A stretch of 64,000 bases of DNA from a bacterium (GTDB lineage: Bacteria > SAR324 > NAC60-12): contig CBDDTI010000295.1 in assembly GCA_965233585.1 (NCBI GenBank), positions 1 through 64,000 on the forward strand, read 5' to 3'. Below the pieces are notes generated by a model. The model saw only the letters and a program-made list of their open reading frames with translations, was not told where the DNA came from and made no database searches. The translations under genes and the position numbers were made by a program. Below, piece after piece: positions 57,946 to 64,000 of the stretch; position 1 is the first letter of the stretch; each line of letters starts with the position of its first letter.

Positions 57946-59424
57946 TTAACGTTTCATATTGACCATCGTGTCAATCATTTCATCAGACACAGTCACCGTC
58001 TTCGCATTCGCTTGGAAGGCACGTTGTGTCTCAACCATCGCTACAAATTCCTTAGCAAGGTCAACGTTGGATTCTTCAAGAGTTTGATTACGTGTAACAC
58101 CAAAGCCACCCACACTCGGATTGCCTTTTGAGATACGACCTGCCGCCAGGGAACGTTCAAACAGGTTATCTCCCGCTTTGGTCATTTTTTCTGGATTGTC
58201 AAAAGCCGTGAGCGAAAGCATGCCCATCGGTCTTCGGTGTCCGCTGTCAAATAATCCTTGAATGATGCCATCAGAGGTGACAGAAATGCTTTCTAATGTT
58301 CCGCTGGGGTGTCCATCTGCTTTGATTGCAAGAACTTTGGAAGCTGAGGCAAATTGTGTTACGCCTTCAAGACCCGTTCTTTCGTCAAGTGGGTCATCAG
58401 GGTTTGAGCCTTTTCCAAGATTAACCCCAATAATTTGTGGAGCATCTCCGCCAAAATCTACAACAACTTGTGGAAATCCCGTTTCAGGGTTCACAGGAGC
58501 AGGTTGTAAGATGGGAGGACCTGAAGTAATCGGTTGCCCCGTGGCAGGATCCACTCCCGAAGTTTGTGCCACAAACTGACCTCCTGTTGTTTGAAGCAAA
58601 CGACCATCATCATCAAATTGCAAAAATCCTCCACCGACAGCAATTTTTTGACCGGGACGCTGTCCCAAATCACCACCATCAAAAGTCATATACCATTCCC
58701 ATTGATTCTTGACTCCGGGGGTGGTTTGTCCTGTGGCAGGGTCTGTTTGGGGTGGCACATCAGGTCGTCTTCTGAAGACAACATTTGCGGTGTGTTCTGC
58801 CCCAAGGTCGTCAAACACTGTGACACTTGATGCAAAGTTGTACATGTGGCTTTTGACATTGGTTGGGTCAAATGGAGTGTCGCGAATAGGAGAGTTAGAA
58901 TCTAGGTTTGCCACAGCGGTCACACCACTACCAAACGAGCCATCGCCTGTGCGTTGAGGCGGATCCACCACTCCTAACACTTGCAATTTGTGGGGTAATC
59001 CAACAGCTTCATCTGTCTGGGGGTCTACATCCTGCACCTGAACAAAAAGCCCTCTGTCAGTGGTCAGCATGCCATTTTCATCAAATGTAAAATTTCCTGC
59101 TCGTGTGTAAAATTCCTTGCCAAAGCGGTCTTGCACTGTAAAAAACCCTTTGCCATTGATGGCAAGGTCTGTTTGCTTGTCAGTCATTTTAAATGACCCT
59201 TGTTTAAAACTGGCATTGACGCTGGAGATTCCAACACCTTTGCCAAGTTTTGTAGGACCAATGCCTTGTGAAAAGTCTGATGATAGAATGTCTTCAAAGT
59301 CCACACGGCTCCCCTTGTAACCGACAGTGTTGACATTTGCAATATTACTACCAACAACAGTCATGGTACGACCCATCGTACTCACACCGCTTGCTCCTGC
59401 TCCTAATGCTCCAAGTAATGCCAT
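57946..59424 (-). CDS. flgE: Flagellar hook protein
   Basis: NIANVNTVGYK, DLAING.GFF, YTRAGNF and LEESNVDLA.EF motifs. Confidence 0.95.
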   Translation of the reverse strand: MALLGALGAGASGVSTMGRTMTVVGSNIANVNTVGYKGSRVDFEDILSSDFSQGIGPTKLGKGVGISSVNASFKQGSFKMTDKQTDLAINGKGFFTVQDRFGKEFYTRAGNFTFDENGMLTTDRGLFVQVQDVDPQTDEAVGLPHKLQVLGVVDPPQRTGDGSFGSGVTAVANLDSNSPIRDTPFDPTNVKSHMYNFASSVTVFDDLGAEHTANVVFRRRPDVPPQTDPATGQTTPGVKNQWEWYMTFDGGDLGQRPGQKIAVGGGFLQFDDDGRLLQTTGGQFVAQTSGVDPATGQPITSGPPILQPAPVNPETGFPQVVVDFGGDAPQIIGVNLGKGSNPDDPLDERTGLEGVTQFASASKVLAIKADGHPSGTLESISVTSDGIIQGLFDSGHRRPMGMLSLTAFDNPEKMTKAGDNLFERSLAAGRISKGNPSVGGFGVTRNQTLEESNVDLAKEFVAMVETQRAFQANAKTVTVSDEMIDTMVNMKR

Positions 59425-59563
59425 AGTTTTTTCCTTATTTAAATGTTAATCATCATTCGTTGAGTCTATTGGTTTCATAGACTCAAATACATATTTTTTG
59501 AAACCTGTATCAAGTGAGAGAGACAGAAAGTTTTGCCTCCATCTCCCATTGGATCATTAAAGT

Positions 59564-60370
59564 TTATTCATTCGTTTTGATTGAAGGTGCTTGAGCATTT
59601 TGCACAGGCACCATCGGCTTAGGTTCTAACTCCGTTTTGATTGGGAAAGGAGTTGCCTGAGAAAATCGCTTGCTAGTTTGATGATCCAACCCTTGAATTT
59701 GAGAAAGAGGAAAACGTTCCCCTGCAATTTCAACCATAGGTTTTCCATTGTCAAAATAGATAGAAGACACACGACCTTGTTTATATTGCTGCGCTTCAAT
59801 CGTTTCGCCTGTGCTAGTTTTGGCATTGATAGAATAACGATAAGTACCAGCAGAAGCGAGGTCTCCTGAGTCATCACGTCCGTCCCAAGTGAAAGAATGT
59901 GTTCCTTTTTGTTGCACTCCTAAGTCTAGGACACGAATCACTTCGCCTTGATCATTAGCCACTTGCACCCTGACAGAGTCTGCCTCTGCATCAAGCGAAT
60001 ACACGCCCTCTGCGCTTTGCCCCTGTTCTATGTTAAGAAAGCTGGAACTCACACGGACGTCTTTGTCCAAAAAGGAATAGGCAGAAGAGGTCACAGAGTC
60101 TCCTTGAATGGCAAGGAGATGATCCATTTTGCGATTCATACCCTGCAACTGCTCCACTGTTCCCATTGAGGTCATTTGTTGCATCATCTTGTTGGAATCC
60201 ATTGGGTCAAGGGGGTCTTGATGAGCCAACTGGGTCATCATCAAATTTAAAAAATCCTGCTTGCCAAGTTCTTTTTGATTCCTTGAAGCACCCTCTGCCC
60301 CATGAGTCTTAGCAGACTGCTGACGAAGGGAAGAGCTTGCTTGATTCACTGCTTGATTCACTGTTGCCAT
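59564..60370 (-). CDS. flgD: Flagellar hook capping protein
   Basis: LGKQDFLNLMMTQL..QDPLDP and FTWDGRD motifs. Confidence 0.95.
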   Translation of the reverse strand: MATVNQAVNQASSSLRQQSAKTHGAEGASRNQKELGKQDFLNLMMTQLAHQDPLDPMDSNKMMQQMTSMGTVEQLQGMNRKMDHLLAIQGDSVTSSAYSFLDKDVRVSSSFLNIEQGQSAEGVYSLDAEADSVRVQVANDQGEVIRVLDLGVQQKGTHSFTWDGRDDSGDLASAGTYRYSINAKTSTGETIEAQQYKQGRVSSIYFDNGKPMVEIAGERFPLSQIQGLDHQTSKRFSQATPFPIKTELEPKPMVPVQNAQAPSIKTNE

Positions 60371-60380
60371 TTGATCTGTC

Positions 60381-61703
60381 CTATACGTAAAGGTTAAGTC
60401 CTGAGGCACTCACTGCCCTTTGATACACTTGAGAAGGTTTGGGTTCTACAACACCAGAAGACGCTCCATGATTGCTCCCGTAGTTTTCACGAAACCCTCC
60501 TTGTTCTGCTTGTTGTCCATCACGTTGAAATGGATTTTGTTCCACGTCTACCGCTAGCTGAAGTTGCTGAAATTCCATATCTTCACGTTTCATTAACATT
60601 TCACGCAAAGAGGCAAGGTCTGATTCAATCATCTGCTTGGCTTCTACTGAGCCAACTAGCATCTCAACTGACAAATTCTCACCTTCTTGGCTTAACTTCA
60701 TACGCATTGAGCCAAGATGCTTTGGGTGGAGTTCAAGAATCAGTTCTTTGACCTCGTTGTCTTCCTTCCGAAATTGAATTTGCGAGGCAATTTTTTCAAG
60801 ATTCATTCGTTGTTCTGTACTTTTGGTTTCTTGTACTTTGGTTGCTTTTTCTGAATCTTGAGTGAATAAATCTTGGGGAGTGTCAATGGAGATGTTGCCA
60901 TCTGACGTCATCTCTTGGGAGTCTGTCAAAATCTCTTGAAGTTGCTCTTCCTGTTGAGCAATAGAATAAGCTGGCGAAAGGGGAGTTTGTGATGAGGTTG
61001 TTTGTTGTTGATTAAATAGTCCAAGTGCCGCTGCAGTAGAAGTTGTTTTGACTTGGGTCTCTGTGGGGGCAAAAACACGTCCCTCTTCAAGAGAAACACC
61101 TTCTCTAGCTAAGATTTCACTTTCTGTCAAGATATTTTGACGGAAGTCTTTCAACAATGATGAATCGTGTTCTATTGACTGTTCATCTAAGACACCAATT
61201 TGTCTGGCGTAAGCATGTTCAAGGTGGTTTTCAATGGTGACTTTATGGTGAGCAGATTGTTGTCCTGTTTCGTTAAAAATGGGGGTCTTTTCACTCATGG
61301 ATAGAGGAAGCTCTGCATTGGTCAACTCTCCCATGCTTTCAAGTGAGCCATTTTGCAAAGGACTCGCTCCTAAATTGGCTTTTGACGCATCAGTTTCAAC
61401 ACGCCATCTTAGCATCTGGTCCACTTGTTCTTGAATTTGTTCTGCCTCAAAAGTCATGGAATGGACATTTGAACTCATAGGACTTGCCACTGCCAGCAGA
61501 CTGGCTTGTTCCATCTGTTCTGCTTGTTGCTCAAGCAAAGAAGGGTCAAGCTCAGTTTCATTCAAAACTCCCTCTATATCAAACGCATTGACGAGACCTT
61601 GCTCTTTAAAGGCTTGAGAAAATTTGCTTGAGCTTTCTGAATTGGGAGTTTTTTGGGGGATGTGGGATTGTTGAAAAGATGTGGGTTGTGATCCAATTTG
61701 CAT
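60381..61703 (-). CDS. fliK: Flagellar hook-length control protein
   Basis: Low-complexity N-terminus and C-terminal LELHPKHLG; upstream of flgD. Confidence 0.88.
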   Translation of the reverse strand: MQIGSQPTSFQQSHIPQKTPNSESSSKFSQAFKEQGLVNAFDIEGVLNETELDPSLLEQQAEQMEQASLLAVASPMSSNVHSMTFEAEQIQEQVDQMLRWRVETDASKANLGASPLQNGSLESMGELTNAELPLSMSEKTPIFNETGQQSAHHKVTIENHLEHAYARQIGVLDEQSIEHDSSLLKDFRQNILTESEILAREGVSLEEGRVFAPTETQVKTTSTAAALGLFNQQQTTSSQTPLSPAYSIAQQEEQLQEILTDSQEMTSDGNISIDTPQDLFTQDSEKATKVQETKSTEQRMNLEKIASQIQFRKEDNEVKELILELHPKHLGSMRMKLSQEGENLSVEMLVGSVEAKQMIESDLASLREMLMKREDMEFQQLQLAVDVEQNPFQRDGQQAEQGGFRENYGSNHGASSGVVEPKPSQVYQRAVSASGLNLYV

Positions 61704-61726
61704 GGCAGCCTTTTCTAAAAATTGAT

Positions 61727-62308
61727 TTACTGTTTACTGGCAATCATTCCAATCAACTTGGCAGATTGCGCCCCGTCCATTTGGGAAAGAATGGCAGCAG
61801 ATGTTTTTTCTTTCATTTTGATTAAGATTTTGACAGCCACTTCAGGCTCCAATGCTGCAAGCGATTGAGCCGCCCTGCCAACTTCCATACGTTCGTAAAA
61901 CGCAATGGTCTTGTTAAACTGCTCATTATCAATGACTTTTTTGCGTTCAATGTCTTCTTGAATAGATTGCTGTAATTTCTCAAGTTGTTGAATTTGCCGC
62001 TTGATGTCATTTTCCAGAGACTTCAGTTGCTGTTCTCTTCTATTGAGTGCAATTTCCTTGGCATCTAACTTTTTTTCTTTCTCGAGCAATTTGGTCAAGA
62101 CTTGCTTCTCACTTTCTGTAAACTTACGAGGCTTCTTGACTTGAGTCTTTTCTTCATCTTTTGGAGAGCAAAAGTCCAAATTCCCTTTTTTACAAAGGTC
62201 TTTCACAAAATCTGGAACATCTACTGCCAAAATAAGACTTGGAAAAGCAATAAACATACCCAAACAGATTGTTTTTTTGACAAAGTGTTTCAACCTCTTC
62301 ATGCCCAC
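61727..62308 (-). CDS. MotE/YlxF-like flagellar protein (coiled coil + MgtE_N-like)
   Basis: FYERM....AA...M....AAILSQM pattern; lies between fliJ and fliK. Confidence 0.8.
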   Translation of the reverse strand: MGMKRLKHFVKKTICLGMFIAFPSLILAVDVPDFVKDLCKKGNLDFCSPKDEEKTQVKKPRKFTESEKQVLTKLLEKEKKLDAKEIALNRREQQLKSLENDIKRQIQQLEKLQQSIQEDIERKKVIDNEQFNKTIAFYERMEVGRAAQSLAALEPEVAVKILIKMKEKTSAAILSQMDGAQSAKLIGMIASKQ

Positions 62309-62384
62309 CTCTGTTTTGATAGTTTCATTGTCAAGTCATTTTTTTGTAAAAACTTCATATCTGCTTCGTGTCTTTTGAAAGGAT

Positions 62385-62831
62385 TCAGACTTGATGGTTT
62401 TGTTTCAACACATGATTTTGTGCAATTTCATCCATTTGTGAACGTTCTAATTGTTCCTGCTTCTTGCGGGCTAAGAGTTCCCTTTTTTCTTTAATGATTT
62501 CTAAAGCTCGTCTTTTTTGACCTGCTTGAGCCACTTCTGAACGTTTGCTTTCCACAAGTTGATTTTGTTCTTGTAGCCTTTGCTGAAGCAAGTTGATTTG
62601 ATACAGTAACCTCTTTTTAAAAGCATTATGTTCTTGTAACACTTGCACCGAAAGAATGCCTGTTTTCAGGCTGTCTGCTTGGAGGTCGCTTTGTGCAATA
62701 GATTGCTGTGCTTGTGCAATTTGGACTTCAAGATTTTTGGCAACTTGAAGCTGTTGGGCATATTCCTTTTGTTTCAGCTTCTCAAGTCGTTTACGAACAT
62801 CTAATGCAGTTTGTAGGCGAAATCTTTCCAT
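62385..62831 (-). CDS. fliJ: Flagellar export protein FliJ
   Basis: FRLQTALDVR start, coiled coil and E..QMDE end; flagellar context. Confidence 0.88.
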   Translation of the reverse strand: MERFRLQTALDVRKRLEKLKQKEYAQQLQVAKNLEVQIAQAQQSIAQSDLQADSLKTGILSVQVLQEHNAFKKRLLYQINLLQQRLQEQNQLVESKRSEVAQAGQKRRALEIIKEKRELLARKKQEQLERSQMDEIAQNHVLKQNHQV

Positions 62832-62924
62832 CTTGTCTTCTGCTATACAAATAAAATGCCATTTGAAAGATTTTGATTTTGGAGTAAGCTATTTGGCTTG
62901 GACCAATCTGCAACCTTGACATTG

Positions 62925-64000
62925 ATGAGCTTTTTGAACCAAGACCTTCAACCCCCTTTTTATTGTTTGTTTTATCGTGAAAGTCAGCTGACTTTAGGCT
63001 GGGTTGAATCCCAACAAAACACGAAAGTTGAACTTTGGACAGCACACTCCTCCAAGTCTTCACTCCTCAAACTTAACAGACTTGAATTGTTTTGGAAGCC
63101 TCCCAACATGAAGACTGAACGTCAAGAAGCCGTTGCAAGCCTTAAAGCACTCCATGAAAACCTTTTGCACCTTGCTCAAAGTTGTCCGATTGAGGAACTT
63201 TATGAGTTGAGTGAGGCAAATGTAGAGTATTCATTGGAAGATTTGGTGACTGTGGTCTTTGCCTCGTCTGACCAAATTCACGAGGCTGTCTCGCTCTTTT
63301 TGGCTCTGGAACAAGACCGACGCTTTTTCAAACGAAAACACAAAAATTACATTGCACGCACGTCTGAAGAAATTGCTCTCATAGACAAACAGCAGGAAGC
63401 CTTGTTGAAAGAACAACAATTTGCACAACAGACAAAAGATTGGATTCAAGAATTAGAAGATGGCATTTGGACTCAAAAGACGGCTTCTGAGGAACAAAAG
63501 TTGTGGTTGAGGCAAATTTTGCATTTGTTGGTTCATGGGAAAAATGCTCCGCATTGGTCAAGATTTGCCAATGTGCTTGCTCTCAAACAAGTCTCTCGTG
63601 GTGAACCAGATGAATTGTTTTTGCTAAAAATTCTGCAACAGGCAGATTGCAAACCTTCATTTGGCAGGCTGACTTTGTTGCGTGCAGGGGTCAAGTATGA
63701 CTTCCCCAAAGCATTGGAAGAAGAAGCTCTTGCTATCACAAATGCCCCTTTTACGACACCACAAGCACCCATGAAGGCATTCACGATTGACGGGGTCAAA
63801 ACCAAAGATTATGACGATGCGATTTCAGTCATTGAATATGGCGATTCTCAAATCAAGTTAGCTGTGCATATTGCTGACTTATCCTCTCTTGGCAAAGAAT
63901 CGTCATTGTTCCAAGAGTGTTTGAAACGCGTGTCTTCCGTTTACACAATCAAGCAAAACTTTCCCATGCTTCCTGAGGTGCTTTCAGAAGATTATTATTC
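62925..64000 (+). CDS. RNase II/RNase R (RNB domain) exoribonuclease; runs off the right edge of the window
   Basis: Not in the ORF track. Frame is open from ATG 62925 and gives AFTIDGVKTKDYDDAIS...LAVHIAD...R.SSVY...PMLP. Confidence 0.9.
   Translation, partial: MSFLNQDLQPPFYCLFYRESQLTLGWVESQQNTKVELWTAHSSKSSLLKLNRLELFWKPPNMKTERQEAVASLKALHENLLHLAQSCPIEELYELSEANVEYSLEDLVTVVFASSDQIHEAVSLFLALEQDRRFFKRKHKNYIARTSEEIALIDKQQEALLKEQQFAQQTKDWIQELEDGIWTQKTASEEQKLWLRQILHLLVHGKNAPHWSRFANVLALKQVSRGEPDELFLLKILQQADCKPSFGRLTLLRAGVKYDFPKALEEEALAITNAPFTTPQAPMKAFTIDGVKTKDYDDAISVIEYGDSQIKLAVHIADLSSLGKESSLFQECLKRVSSVYTIKQNFPMLPEVLSEDYY

Noticed and set aside
62840..63110. Possible ncRNA in an apparent gap after fliJ
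   Set aside because: Most of it is the 5' part of the RNase II/R ORF, which the track omitted because it has no stop inside the window.

Overview
AT-rich bacterial chromosomal window from a flagellated diderm. A SAR324/deltaproteobacteria-like, possibly host-associated lineage is my impression only. Contents from left to right: (1) A type III restriction-modification methyltransferase (mod) gene split by a 2.5-kb IS1-family composite transposon (355-2896, exact 9-bp target duplication TTTTTCAAA). The transposon carries a DUF1640/Bdr-like coiled-coil membrane protein and REP-like palindrome clusters. Removing it restores mod in frame. A RhuM/Fic gene lies upstream. (2) A Bacteroidota-style thiamine operon, thiS-C-E-D-E-G-H. 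(3) Housekeeping and envelope genes: LpoA/LppC-like, hom, mlaE, TerB-like, ftsE-like, lipoate ligase, moeB, prmC. (4) A 13-kb REP-flanked island of three large modular surface lipoproteins. The first has a C13 tract that holds its ATG leader out of frame. The other two share an N-terminus but carry different beta-propeller C-termini. (5) gltA, trpA, yggS-proC-like-yggT, MpaA-like, mltF, hflK, STAS, degP/Q, DnaC-like, hemE, holB, a hybrid kinase and a BacNav sodium channel. (6) A BMP-type nucleoside ABC transporter interleaved with two 2OG-Fe(II) dioxygenases. (7) The flagellar genes fliJ-motE-like-fliK-flgD-flgE and a truncated RNase II/R gene. The strongest novel candidates are the palindrome-targeting IS1 composite that switches off the R-M methylase, the phase-variable modular adhesin island, and a putative modified-nucleoside salvage locus. 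No rRNA, tRNA, CRISPR array or reverse transcriptase was seen. All calls are by eye, with no database searches.
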